From the IMG/VR virus record IMGVR_UViG_3300027770_000027, positions 124,001-188,000 of that record: a stretch of 64,000 nt of DNA; one strand, 5' to 3'. A model generated the notes under the pieces. It was not told the DNA's origin. It saw only the letters and a list, made by a program, of their open reading frames with translations, and searched no databases. Shown here piece by piece: positions 9,544 to 20,265 of the stretch. The position numbers were made by a program, and so were the translations under genes. Every line of letters begins with the position of its first letter. Positions within the stretch are counted from its first letter, which is position 1.

Positions 9544-12500
9544 TTATTGATAATCCCACAGACGAATCAATCTTTCTACTCCGTGAATGGTTACTTTAAA
9601 GAAATCCCCGCTCGCGACTGTTGGAGTTGATATTGAATATGCGTCTTGGAAGTTGATAATGTCTGAAGAATATAAATCTACAATACCAGTTTTACCGTTT
9701 ATAGTAGATACAGTTGCTGGATATACTCCATAACTATATGTATAAACAATTATAGAAACGCCAGCATCTGGCACGGAAGTAAATTGAACAGATCCGCCGT
9801 TGTATAAACTTATAACATAATCTATATCCGGACGTTGAATAACATTTCCGACCAACACCAGATAATTTCTAGCATTTGTGCGAATTATTCCTCCAGGTGC
9901 TAAGGTGTAGAAGGAGTCTATCCCATTTGAGGTCCTGTTGGTTACTACTGGTGGTGGTATATTGAATCCGTGAAAATTTGTATACCACACGTTAACATTT
10001 GAAACCACTGGTCCAAAATCTGTAGAGGTGAATACTATGGATTTACCGCCGTCTCTAGTGATATTAAAGTCTATTCCGGGTTTTTGAACTACACCATTAA
10101 CAGTCACCAAATAATAGGAAGAATTTGTAGCATATTCTGGTGTAAGGCTAGTTGATAGATTGTACGAGGCGGACGCACTAGTTGCAGTAAAAGAGGTATA
10201 AGAGGTTCTTGGAGTATAACCATTTTCATACTGATTAGATCTTACTTGAACCACCGCACCAGTTGGTGGGGCTGAGTCAAATATTAAAAATCCTTGACCA
10301 TCCCCAGCAGATATAGAATAATTTGATGTCGGTGTTTGTACCACCCCATCAATAGCAATTAAATAATCGGAAGCAACGTCGCCTACAAAAGCGGTAACAG
10401 ATGGAGTATTAGTTAGTAAGAAGGAAGTGGTTGAACTGTCTCCATTAAATGTAGAAAAACTTGGACTTGCATAGTAAATATAAGCTGCTGGAGGTCCTAT
10501 AACAACTGGTACAGTGTTGGTAGGAATTTTAATGTTCTTAATCAACTCTATCACATCTATATTAGCACTCAATAGAGTGCCAGTTGTGTTGATGTTTTTG
10601 CCTTCTATGAAACTAGTTGCACAAAAGGATCTGGCAGTTAATGCTCCTTGACTGACAAAGTCATTAGTAACTGTTAAGTTGTTAGTAACTACAGAATTTG
10701 TTGCTCGGATGTCTGTGGCACTAATCAACGGACTGCTCACTCGTACAGAGCCGTATATTATATTACCTGTAATAGAATTTGCAGATAAAGTATTGCCCAC
10801 ACTTAAATCATCTCTTATTATTGCAGAAACTGTATTTATTGTGCTAGTAATATTGGCATAAGTCCCTTGAACTAAAGAACCAGCACATATATCTCGAGCA
10901 CAAACAAATGTAGTAGAATATATATTATAGCCACTTAAACTTTGTGTTGCTTTGATGTTTGTACCACCACAAATATCTCCAACAGAACATATTACATTAC
11001 CCGATTTAATTAAATTAGAGGCATATATAACATTGTCTGATACTAAACAATCCGTAACACAAGCACTTGGTGATTTTACTAAAGATCTACCACAGATAGT
11101 ATTGCCACAAATAGTATTGTATGTATATAGGTTGTTGCTTACGATTAAACAATCAGTAACACAAGCACTTGGAGCTTTTACTAAAGATCTACCACAAACG
11201 ATATCGCCACAAATAGTGTTTGTGGCGCATATACTTCCACCAGTATTAATGGTGTTGCTAGCGTATATAACATTGTCTGATACTAAACGATCAGTAACAC
11301 AAGCACTTGGGGATTTTACCAAAGTTCTGCCACAAACGATATCGCCACAGATAGTGTTTGTGGCACATATGCTCCCACCTGTATTAATGGTGTTGCTAGC
11401 ATATATGCAATTAGAAGATCCTAGATAATCTGTAACACAAGCACTTGGTGATTTTACTAAAGTTCTGCCACAGATAGTATTACCACAGATGGTGTTTGTT
11501 GTGTATATATTATTGTCTACGATTAAACAATCTGTAACACAAGCACTTGGTGATTTTACTAAAGTCCTGCCGCAGATAGTATTACCGCAAATAGTGTTTG
11601 TTGTATAAATGTTATTATCTACAATTAAACAATCTGTAACACAAGCACTTGGTGATTTTACTAAAGATCTACCACAGATAGTATTACCACAGATGGTGTT
11701 TGTGGCACATATGTTGTTGCTAGAACTTATACAATCTGTAGCTGATACGCTGATGGAAAACATTCCATTAACAGCACATATGTTATTTGCAGAACTTAAA
11801 TTGTTAACAAATGTGTGATTGTGGCACACTGCATTTAAGTTAGATCCTAAAATGAAAACATTATTAAAGATTTTAGAATCATTGTCAAATCCACCGGCAA
11901 TGAAAGAATTATCAGAAGAGGATTTATTACCACTACCCGCTCCTATAAATGTGTAGTTACCAGATGAAGTATTCTTTAAACCACTTCCTATAAAGGATTG
12001 AATACCAGAGGCAACTCCACTGATACCGTTGACAATTGTAGAGAAACAATTAGAAGCATTGTTATACTGTCCAGCCCCTACAATTGAATTAGCACTTAAT
12101 ACTGTGTTATTAGTACCACCAGCTATGATAGAATTACTTCCACATACAACATTAGATTCACCTGCTAAGATGGCATTTGAATTGTTATATGTTTTATTTA
12201 ATTGGCCGGCTCCAATTAAATTATAAGAACCCGCTGCAATATTTGAATTACCCGCAATTATGGAAGAGTAATCTGCAGAGGATTGATTGCTACTACCTGC
12301 AGCAACAAACGTATAATGGCCAGAAATTGTATTTTTAACTCCACCAGCAAGAACACTACAATTACCAGACACATTTCCACTCAAACCACCGACAATAGAA
12401 GAATGTGATCCAGAAACAATATTACGTTCTCCAGCCCCTATAAAAGTTTGAACTGCTGCGGATGAGTTGTTAAGACCCGAACTGATTACAGAATTGGCAC

Positions 12501-15500
12501 TTAATGCTGTGTTACTAGTACCCGCACCGATGATAGAACTGTTGCCACAGGCAATATTAAACTCCCCGGCAACAACAGCACTTGAATTGCAATAAACTTT
12601 ATTTGATTGACCAGCTCCAACAATATTACAAGCTCCGAACGTTTTGTTGTTATTACCAGAAACTATAGCTGAATAATCTGCATTTGCGGCATTTGCACTA
12701 CCCGCTACCACTGTGGTGTAATTGCCATTTACTATATTGTTTCTGCCACCCACCAAAGAACTACAACTACCAGCAACATTCCCACTCAAACCACCAACTA
12801 TAGAAGAATGATTTCCAGAGACAGTATTACCTTCTCCCGAGCCTACAAAGGCATTGTTGCCCGAGGAGGTGTTAGTACCACCACCAACAATGGCAGAAGA
12901 ATTTCCAGAATTAACATTACAGCACCCAGCTGCAATGTGAGAAAACCCTCCACTTACTGTATTACAAAGCCCTCCTCCGAGTGTGCTACAATTACCAGAC
13001 ACATTTCCACTCAAACCACCGACAATAGAAGAATGTGATCCAGAAACAATATTACGTTCTCCAGCCCCTATAAAAGTTTGAACTGCAGAAGAATTATTAC
13101 AGAGACCGGCTCCGATAATTGAATTAGCACTTAATGATATGTTACTAGTCCCGCCGCCTATAACAGAGTTGTTGCCACAAACTGTATTAGAATCTCCAGC
13201 CAAAATAGCACTTGAATTGCAATTGGTTTTATTTGACTGACCCGCTCCTATAATATTGCAATTACCATTAGAAATATTAGTACTACCAGAAATGATTGTT
13301 GAAGCATGACCACTTACAGTATTGGCTTTGCCTCCTATAACAACGCTGCAGTTACCGGTTACATTACTACTTAAACCACCCACTATGGAAGAGTGTTGGC
13401 CAGAAACTATATTATATTCTCCAGCACCGATAAAGGTTTGAGCCCCGGAGGTATTATTACCCGATCCCGCTGCTATGAAAGAATTAGTTGCTGTTACAGT
13501 GTTACTGTTGTTAACTCCACCGCCTATAATAGAATTGTTTCCGCAAGCTGTGTTACATTCACCAGCTAAGATAGCATTTGAATTGTTACAGACTTTGTTT
13601 AATTGTCCAGATCCTATAAAATTGTAGTTACCATTAGTTTGGTTAACCGCTCCAGCAACAATAGCTGAATAATTTGCGTTGGCTAAATTGGCGCTACCAG
13701 CACCCACTAATGTATAATTGCCTGTTACAGTATTTTTAGTACCACTGTCAATACTACTGCAGCTGCCAGACACCCGACCACTTAAACCACTTATTATAGA
13801 AGAGTGTTGACCAGAAACAGAATTAGCTTCCCCTGATCCTATAAAAGTTTGAACCGCAAAAGAATTATTACAAACTCCAGATCCTATAAAAGAACTAGCA
13901 CTTAAGGCGGTGTTTGTGGTGCCAGATCCGATGAGGGAATTGTTACCACACACGTTATTGCCGTACCCAGCAATAATGGCACTGGAATTTCCTGAAGTTT
14001 GATTAAATTGTCCAGCACCGATTAAATTATAACCAGCTGTGCCAGAAAGAGTAACAACGTTGTTTATACCTGCAAGTATTGCAGAGTGATCTGAACATAC
14101 GGTATTGTTGACCCCAGTCCCTATAAGAGAATTGGAACCATTGACTGTGTTTAATCTACCACCTACTAGGGAAGCACATGTCCCAGTAACCTTATTGCAA
14201 CAACCTCCAACAATAGATGCATGTGAGCCAGTAACAACATTACAATCACCTGCGCCTATGAAGGTTTGAATGTTATTAGCAGTGTTACAAGAACCAGCAC
14301 CGATGAAAGAATTTGCGCTTAAGGAAATGTTATTAGTTCCCGCTCCTATAACGGACTTGGTTCCACAAAGAGTGTTGGTTTCTCCTGCGATAATTGCATT
14401 GGAATCACAATAAGATTTGTTTTGTTTACCCGCTCCTATTAAGCTACAAGATCCGGATACACAATTGCTTCCTCCGGTTAAAATGGAAGAATAATCACCA
14501 GTCACTTTGTTGCTACTTCCCGCAGCAACAAAGGCATAATTACCAGCGATATTATTAAATTTACCACCACCAACAACACTACAGCTACCAATTACATTAC
14601 TACTAAAACCCCCCACAATAGACGAATGGTCACCATAGACTATGTTGGAACATCCTCCTCCTATGAGGGAAAGATTTCCAGATGCCGTATTAGAACATCC
14701 CGTAACAATACCAGAGGCATTTCCACTGACTACGTTTACGCCGCCGGCACCTATTACAGATAAATTTGAACTTACCGCGTTTGCATTTCCACCCACTATG
14801 GAACTTTGTATACCAGATACATTATTAGAATAACCTGCGGTTACACTAGAATCGGAATTAGTAACCTCATTGCTTCTACCAGCAGTAACAGAAGAGCTAC
14901 AGCCACGAACAATGTTTTGACTACCGGCTCCAACGAAAGAATTTGCACTTAAAGATTGATTTGAACAACCAGCAACGACTCCAGAATATATGTTACAAAC
15001 AGAATTGCTTCTACCAGCAGCAATGACACTACAATTTCCGTTTATAATTTGATTGTATTGTCCAGCTTCTACGACAGAACTATCAGAATTTCTAATTAAA
15101 TTTGAATCCCCGGCGCCTATATAGGAAGTAGTACCACAACTTGCATTATTAGTACCACCAATAATAGTGTTATGAGCGCCTTGGGTACAGTTATTATAAC
15201 CACCCACTATAGCAGAAAATTCATTTCTTGTCAGATTGCAACAACCAGCACCTATAAAAGAATTTGCACTTAAAATTGTATTACTTGTACCCCCTCCAAT
15301 AATACTGTTAATACCATCACTAGAATTTAATACACCAGCACCGACCATGGAGTACTCCCCATTACTGGTATTATTGCCACCAGCCACAACAGCCGACTGT
15401 AAGCCAATAGTTTTATTATAACAACCAGCACCTATGAAAGAATATGGTCCGAATGCATATGCACACAAACCACCAACAATAGTTGCGAAATCTCCAGGGG

Positions 15501-16095
15501 CAGAATTTCTACAACCACCAAGAACATTTGCAAACACCCCAGTAGAGTTAAATCTACCACCACCTATTACCCCGAAAGCATTAGAATTATAGTTATTAGC
15601 ACCGGATCCTATAAATGTATTAATACCATCTGAAACGTTAAATTCGCCACCGCCTATTACACCAGCACAAAAATTAACATAATTAAGTTTACCACCACCA
15701 ACAAATCCTAAATCACATTCTATGTGATTATAACAACCACCGGCAATAACAGCATCATCTCCTACAATTGTATTTCCTTCACCACCACCAATATTTGAAT
15801 ACCATCCAGCATTTATTACTTGATTTGGTCGAGTTCCGGGTACTCCAGAGAGTGGGTTAGAGGGAACTATACCAAAGTGTTGGAGGTTTATGGTAAGCCC
15901 ACGACCGTTAGAACTAGTGGTTTGTGCCCAAGTATACGGATTATATCCTAAAACATAATCTAATAGAACACAAGCGGAGGCTGTTTGAGTGGTAGGACTA
16001 AAATCTAAATTAGTAGCTGCCAAGAAAAGATCGCCGTGTGATATGCTATCAGCACGTGTTAGCTCTGTTAATCTGATGTCGTCTATTGTAGCCAT
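9544..16095 (-). CDS. Giant repeat-rich tail fibre (YadA-head-like 15-aa repeats, Cys-rich)
   Basis: 2183 aa; dozens of SxIxxGxxN 15-mers, six KxPSACVTD repeats, three C-terminal beta modules. Confidence 0.75.
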   Translation of the reverse strand: MATIDDIRLTELTRADSISHGDLFLAATNLDFSPTTQTASACVLLDYVLGYNPYTWAQTTSSNGRGLTINLQHFGIVPSNPLSGVPGTRPNQVINAGWYSNIGGGEGNTIVGDDAVIAGGCYNHIECDLGFVGGGKLNYVNFCAGVIGGGEFNVSDGINTFIGSGANNYNSNAFGVIGGGRFNSTGVFANVLGGCRNSAPGDFATIVGGLCAYAFGPYSFIGAGCYNKTIGLQSAVVAGGNNTSNGEYSMVGAGVLNSSDGINSIIGGGTSNTILSANSFIGAGCCNLTRNEFSAIVGGYNNCTQGAHNTIIGGTNNASCGTTSYIGAGDSNLIRNSDSSVVEAGQYNQIINGNCSVIAAGRSNSVCNIYSGVVAGCSNQSLSANSFVGAGSQNIVRGCSSSVTAGRSNEVTNSDSSVTAGYSNNVSGIQSSIVGGNANAVSSNLSVIGAGGVNVVSGNASGIVTGCSNTASGNLSLIGGGCSNIVYGDHSSIVGGFSSNVIGSCSVVGGGKFNNIAGNYAFVAAGSSNKVTGDYSSILTGGSNCVSGSCSLIGAGKQNKSYCDSNAIIAGETNTLCGTKSVIGAGTNNISLSANSFIGAGSCNTANNIQTFIGAGDCNVVTGSHASIVGGCCNKVTGTCASLVGGRLNTVNGSNSLIGTGVNNTVCSDHSAILAGINNVVTLSGTAGYNLIGAGQFNQTSGNSSAIIAGYGNNVCGNNSLIGSGTTNTALSASSFIGSGVCNNSFAVQTFIGSGEANSVSGQHSSIISGLSGRVSGSCSSIDSGTKNTVTGNYTLVGAGSANLANANYSAIVAGAVNQTNGNYNFIGSGQLNKVCNNSNAILAGECNTACGNNSIIGGGVNNSNTVTATNSFIAAGSGNNTSGAQTFIGAGEYNIVSGQHSSIVGGLSSNVTGNCSVVIGGKANTVSGHASTIISGSTNISNGNCNIIGAGQSNKTNCNSSAILAGDSNTVCGNNSVIGGGTSNISLSANSIIGAGLCNNSSAVQTFIGAGERNIVSGSHSSIVGGLSGNVSGNCSTLGGGLCNTVSGGFSHIAAGCCNVNSGNSSAIVGGGTNTSSGNNAFVGSGEGNTVSGNHSSIVGGLSGNVAGSCSSLVGGRNNIVNGNYTTVVAGSANAANADYSAIVSGNNNKTFGACNIVGAGQSNKVYCNSSAVVAGEFNIACGNSSIIGAGTSNTALSANSVISSGLNNSSAAVQTFIGAGERNIVSGSHSSIVGGLSGNVSGNCSVLAGGVKNTISGHYTFVAAGSSNQSSADYSSIIAGNSNIAAGSYNLIGAGQLNKTYNNSNAILAGESNVVCGSNSIIAGGTNNTVLSANSIVGAGQYNNASNCFSTIVNGISGVASGIQSFIGSGLKNTSSGNYTFIGAGSGNKSSSDNSFIAGGFDNDSKIFNNVFILGSNLNAVCHNHTFVNNLSSANNICAVNGMFSISVSATDCISSSNNICATNTICGNTICGRSLVKSPSACVTDCLIVDNNIYTTNTICGNTICGRTLVKSPSACVTDCLIVDNNIYTTNTICGNTICGRTLVKSPSACVTDYLGSSNCIYASNTINTGGSICATNTICGDIVCGRTLVKSPSACVTDRLVSDNVIYASNTINTGGSICATNTICGDIVCGRSLVKAPSACVTDCLIVSNNLYTYNTICGNTICGRSLVKSPSACVTDCLVSDNVIYASNLIKSGNVICSVGDICGGTNIKATQSLSGYNIYSTTFVCARDICAGSLVQGTYANITSTINTVSAIIRDDLSVGNTLSANSITGNIIYGSVRVSSPLISATDIRATNSVVTNNLTVTNDFVSQGALTARSFCATSFIEGKNINTTGTLLSANIDVIELIKNIKIPTNTVPVVIGPPAAYIYYASPSFSTFNGDSSTTSFLLTNTPSVTAFVGDVASDYLIAIDGVVQTPTSNYSISAGDGQGFLIFDSAPPTGAVVQVRSNQYENGYTPRTSYTSFTATSASASYNLSTSLTPEYATNSSYYLVTVNGVVQKPGIDFNITRDGGKSIVFTSTDFGPVVSNVNVWYTNFHGFNIPPPVVTNRTSNGIDSFYTLAPGGIIRTNARNYLVLVGNVIQRPDIDYVISLYNGGSVQFTSVPDAGVSIIVYTYSYGVYPATVSTINGKTGIVDLYSSDIINFQDAYSISTPTVASGDFFKVTIHGVERLIRLWDYQ
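11020..11710 (-). repeat. Six 34/46-aa tandem repeats (xCGRxLVKxPSACVTD)
   Basis: Recurring gtaacacaagcacttgg core at about 102- or 138-bp spacing. Confidence 0.8.
12356..13086. repeat. Exact 101-bp duplication (12356-12456 = 12986-13086)
   Basis: Offset 630 bp, equal to 14 units of 45 bp. Confidence 0.8.
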
Positions 16096-16104
16096 TGTTA
16101 ATAT

Positions 16105-16998
16105 TTATTCCAAGACCAGGTATTTCTGATAGACATGTTTACTATCTCCAAATTTAGTAACATCTGCCTTAATATATCGTAGATTATAAGCAGGATCTGT
16201 CTTGTCTGTTGCAACTGTTAAGATGTGATAAGGTAGTGGCGTAAACGGATCATAAGGAAACACAGCACAATTTTCTTCATCTAAATCCATATACGGTAAA
16301 TGAAGAGACACTTCTGTGATGTGAAATTGATCCTGTTTACCTGCATTTCCAGGGGATATATTAAAACTCATTATACCAAATTCTAATATTTCATTTTTTA
16401 ATAAGAAAGAAATATTAAATAATCTAGTAGTTTCATTAAATGTAATGACAGGGTCTTCTAGAGTTACATTAAAATTGCTCCAATTTGAAGTTCCTTCGGG
16501 TCTCATTATTAAACGAACTCTATCAAATAATACAGTTTGAACAGTTGCCAGATTCGTATCAAAAACATTTAAATGGATGGTAAAACTGAAACGGCTAATA
16601 GAATTTTTGTTTTCATCCATTGGAGCTACATAAGCATAGTATATTTTGTTTTCATCTTCCTGTAGCCAATAACAACAACGAGTCGAGAATCCTGCATAGT
16701 TTTGGCGTTTTGGAATAATTGGAGTGTAAAAATTATATAAACTAAAAGGAGTTATGCCCCTGTCATCTAAATTAAGTTTTTCAAAGAAATATCCAGCAGG
16801 TGTTTCTACAAAAATGGTATCATAAAAGACGTCAAATCTAGTAACATTATTAGTAGACAAATGATTATAAAATGTTGGATATGCTGTTGCATATTTCATA
16901 TAAACTGCTGACAAGGCAATTGTTGCTGGAACCCTATTGCCTTCTGTGTCTCTAAACCAAAGCTCTCCCCCTTCAAGGGTTTTATTATATAAATTCAT
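16105..16998 (-). CDS. Hypothetical protein (tail/baseplate region)
   Basis: 297-aa ORF tightly packed in the structural operon. Confidence 0.6.
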   Translation of the reverse strand: MNLYNKTLEGGELWFRDTEGNRVPATIALSAVYMKYATAYPTFYNHLSTNNVTRFDVFYDTIFVETPAGYFFEKLNLDDRGITPFSLYNFYTPIIPKRQNYAGFSTRCCYWLQEDENKIYYAYVAPMDENKNSISRFSFTIHLNVFDTNLATVQTVLFDRVRLIMRPEGTSNWSNFNVTLEDPVITFNETTRLFNISFLLKNEILEFGIMSFNISPGNAGKQDQFHITEVSLHLPYMDLDEENCAVFPYDPFTPLPYHILTVATDKTDPAYNLRYIKADVTKFGDSKHVYQKYLVLE

Positions 16999-17001
16999 AA
17001 A

Positions 17002-17664
17002 TTACAATTGGTGGATGTTGGGGTTTAAATTATTTTTAGAGTCGTAGGATTCTTGTATTTTATATTTTTTGAAAAATGGAGATGGTAATATTTTAGTTAA
17101 AGGTTCTACCGGAGTAGGTCCCCACTTGACCAATACTGGTAATAGATAGCTCGGATTAAAAGATTCAAAATTATATAAAAGAGTGTTGTCAGCTCCAAAC
17201 ATACGAGAGGATGCTAAATGAATGTTATCAAAATAATGAGCTTCTATATCATCTAGACTAGCATTTAGGTTAGGAGCTCTTACTTCTAGAACAAATTCTA
17301 TAAAGTTGTGATTAATTGCCACCCTTTCATCTGCAATCCAATACCAAGTTATTTTGATAATATATTGTTCTGTAATACCATTTGTTGCATGATATGTGTG
17401 ATCAATGGTAAAATTTCTAGGATCTCCGGGTTCTGATGAAAATGGAACTCCGGGAGTAACAACATTCGGTTTAGCAAACAGTTTTTGGGTAAATTTAGGA
17501 GAATTATCTCCAAATTCATACACTATTTTATAAACTTTGTGTGAAAGACTTCCACTGGCTCCGTTATCCAAAGCTCCTGGATTTAAACTAAGTTTACAAG
17601 GACCAACACCGTAAATAATTTGGCCAAACAGATCTTGATTTAAATCTACGGTTATATGTGACAT
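17002..17664 (-). CDS. Hypothetical structural protein, PKD-like motif
   Basis: VYEFGDNS...DHTY motif. Confidence 0.55.
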   Translation of the reverse strand: MSHITVDLNQDLFGQIIYGVGPCKLSLNPGALDNGASGSLSHKVYKIVYEFGDNSPKFTQKLFAKPNVVTPGVPFSSEPGDPRNFTIDHTYHATNGITEQYIIKITWYWIADERVAINHNFIEFVLEVRAPNLNASLDDIEAHYFDNIHLASSRMFGADNTLLYNFESFNPSYLLPVLVKWGPTPVEPLTKILPSPFFKKYKIQESYDSKNNLNPNIHQL

Positions 17665-17698
17665 ACAGATTTATCATACTTACTAGGTTTGTCTAAAT

Positions 17699-20239
17699 TT
17701 AAACAAACCATTTTGTAATTTCTGTAGGAGTTCTGACAGGGACATTTAAAGGTCCAGAAATATTATTAACTGAATCTGAAGCAGTCAAAAACAGACGATT
17801 TTTTGTATCTTTTATAAGAGTGCCATAAGCATCTGAACCGTTGCCAAAGAATTCTACTTGAGATACATAATTGATAGCAACAGCACTAAGAAACGGACTA
17901 GCTTGAGCAAACGTGGTGTATTGGTTGGGAGCTCTGTAACCTGCTAAATGTAAAAAGTTATCCGTGGTAATTCCTCCCAGCAGTGAAGCTCCACTACCAT
18001 TATCACTAGATACTAATTTGGAAAATTTAACACCAGAGTCAAATGCATAGGAAATCGGAGTAGCAACTGAATAAGAAGTAGTTGTTGTTCCTAGTCCCAA
18101 TTGTCCGTTAACATTATATCCCCAAGAGTATATCTTACCAGTCTGTGTAAGAGCCATGCAACTGACGTACTCTCGTCCACCAGTTGACACAAAATCTATT
18201 GCATTGGTTACATTACTCACTTGTTTAAAGAATGACGCTGAGGTGAATGCATAATTACTCCCCAACGCTCCATTAATATTAGAACCACATGCCCATATAG
18301 TAGCATCATTTTTTAAAGCATATACCACTGAATTATCAAAAAAACTATTGCGTAAAATTTTTGAAACACCGGTAAATTGTGAGCCGGCAGCTATTAAAGC
18401 CGCACTAAAATAATAATTACTTGTAGTGGTTCCAAAAGTTCCCTGTCCCAATTGTCCGTAGTGATTAAATCCCGCCGAATAAAGAAGATTATTTTTTAAA
18501 GCCAATGTGTTAAAATCTTTGGCAAATATTTGAGACACATTTGAAGACATTGCTGGTACTAAAGTCGGAACGTATACTGGATTGGCATGTCCTAAACCAC
18601 ACTGGCCATAGGCATTGTTACCCCATGTGAATAATTTGCCTAAAGAGGTCATGACAGCAAAATTAGCAACTATAGGCTTAGACACCGGCAAGTTCATTCC
18701 ACCACTAAGTAATGATCCGGTCCAGTGCTTGGTAAGATCTGAAGAAGTGCCCATCTGGGGTATGGCGTAGTCAAAATCTGATACAAATGGCTGACTAGCT
18801 TCTGATGGAAATAAAACCTTTTTAAGTTGGTATTCTGTAGCATTTGCCGAACCACAACTCAATTGTCCCTGAGCATTATCACCAGCAAACCACAAAGTAC
18901 CATCACTTAGTAATGCTCCTAGGTGGTTTTTACTAATAATGACCTTGGTTATGTTAACAGAAGGATTTTTTAAATTGTAATTATTGGCAAATGGAAATAC
19001 AACAGGAGGCCACACACTGGCAGGTGCTCCTGGTGCGGTGTTTGTTCCATTTCCCCATACCAATATTCTATTGTCACTAGTCACCACAGCTGAATTAAAC
19101 ATCCCTCCACTGTGATGGGCTATGCTCTTGATATAAGTGGTTTGCAAAGCAGCTGAGGTGATAGCAGTTCCGTCTGCAAATGTCACTCCACTCAGAGCAC
19201 TAAAACTACCACTCATAGAAATGCCGCCGTTTAAAGTTTGTATACAAGTACTGGCAACTGAGGTTTTAAGAGTGTTGGTGGTTTTTACCAAGTTGGTATC
19301 TGGGTCTACTATTATCGTAGATCCGTCAACATTGAGACAAACGGTTGAAGTTCCTATAGTGCGAGTAAGGCCTCCTCCGAAACCATACCCCAAACATAGT
19401 TTATTACTACCATTAATTTTAATTGAGTCTGCATCGACGCATACTCCTATTTTATTAGCAGAGTATCCAATGGCGCCAGCAGTCTCTACAGAAAGAGAGG
19501 TTTGTAACTTGCCGGCAACAATTTTAATGGTACTATTATCAGGAGCAACAGAAAGAGTTTGACTAGTGGTATCATAAGCTAATCCGTCTCCAAAGTTATA
19601 TTTTCGAGCAGGATCTAATTGGATAGCACCGTTGATGATCTTGATGGTATCATTATCCAAGATTGGGACTACATCCCAAGTAGGGATTACAGCCGTGGAA
19701 TCATAAACAGAATTAAGACCACTACCAAATCTATATGTAGTAAAAAGATTCCCAGATAAAACTATAATTTTACTACCATCTGCCGATAGAGCCGAAAATA
19801 TAGAATATAAGTTAGAGTAATTGTTAACCAATTCTCCAGCTTGATTTAAACAGATAGTGTTGTTGTCTACACAGGCCGTTACCAGACTACCCAACTGTTT
19901 TAAACCAGCGCCGTAAGATAATGTTGCTCCCTGGGTACCTGTAAAGTTTTCTGCAGCAACCGTTCCATGGACACAGATACTGCCATTGAAAATAGAAGTG
20001 CCTCCACGAGCATCAATAGGAGTGGTTCCGTATGCACAAATTCCGGTATTCTGGCTATAGAAATAACCAGCAACTGCGCTCAAGGGAGCCACCGCACTTA
20101 ATGCTCCATTAAGAACAAAATCCCCTTGGAAGGGGCTGTCCGGACTAGCAATTGGATCATGTCCTGCATCTGGATTTGCAGAATTTGTATAAGTGTGGTG
20201 ATTGCGTCTGTGGTATTTGGAATGAAAACGGTCACTCAT
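17699..20239 (-). CDS. Fibre protein with C-terminal RCC1-like beta-propeller
   Basis: DNxTIKI shaft repeats; WGxNxxGQxGLG RCC1 repeats. Confidence 0.8.
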   Translation of the reverse strand: MSDRFHSKYHRRNHHTYTNSANPDAGHDPIASPDSPFQGDFVLNGALSAVAPLSAVAGYFYSQNTGICAYGTTPIDARGGTSIFNGSICVHGTVAAENFTGTQGATLSYGAGLKQLGSLVTACVDNNTICLNQAGELVNNYSNLYSIFSALSADGSKIIVLSGNLFTTYRFGSGLNSVYDSTAVIPTWDVVPILDNDTIKIINGAIQLDPARKYNFGDGLAYDTTSQTLSVAPDNSTIKIVAGKLQTSLSVETAGAIGYSANKIGVCVDADSIKINGSNKLCLGYGFGGGLTRTIGTSTVCLNVDGSTIIVDPDTNLVKTTNTLKTSVASTCIQTLNGGISMSGSFSALSGVTFADGTAITSAALQTTYIKSIAHHSGGMFNSAVVTSDNRILVWGNGTNTAPGAPASVWPPVVFPFANNYNLKNPSVNITKVIISKNHLGALLSDGTLWFAGDNAQGQLSCGSANATEYQLKKVLFPSEASQPFVSDFDYAIPQMGTSSDLTKHWTGSLLSGGMNLPVSKPIVANFAVMTSLGKLFTWGNNAYGQCGLGHANPVYVPTLVPAMSSNVSQIFAKDFNTLALKNNLLYSAGFNHYGQLGQGTFGTTTSNYYFSAALIAAGSQFTGVSKILRNSFFDNSVVYALKNDATIWACGSNINGALGSNYAFTSASFFKQVSNVTNAIDFVSTGGREYVSCMALTQTGKIYSWGYNVNGQLGLGTTTTSYSVATPISYAFDSGVKFSKLVSSDNGSGASLLGGITTDNFLHLAGYRAPNQYTTFAQASPFLSAVAINYVSQVEFFGNGSDAYGTLIKDTKNRLFLTASDSVNNISGPLNVPVRTPTEITKWFV

Positions 20240-20265
20240 GGTAAGGGTTTAGCTGATAATATTTA

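Noticed and set aside
11020-11710. Regularly spaced repeats resembling a CRISPR array
   Set aside because: In-frame coding repeats with mutually similar 'spacers'; no cas genes.
2113-16095. Diversity-generating retroelement or invertase shufflon acting on the fibres
   Set aside because: No reverse transcriptase or site-specific recombinase in the window, and the duplications checked are exact rather than adenine-variable.
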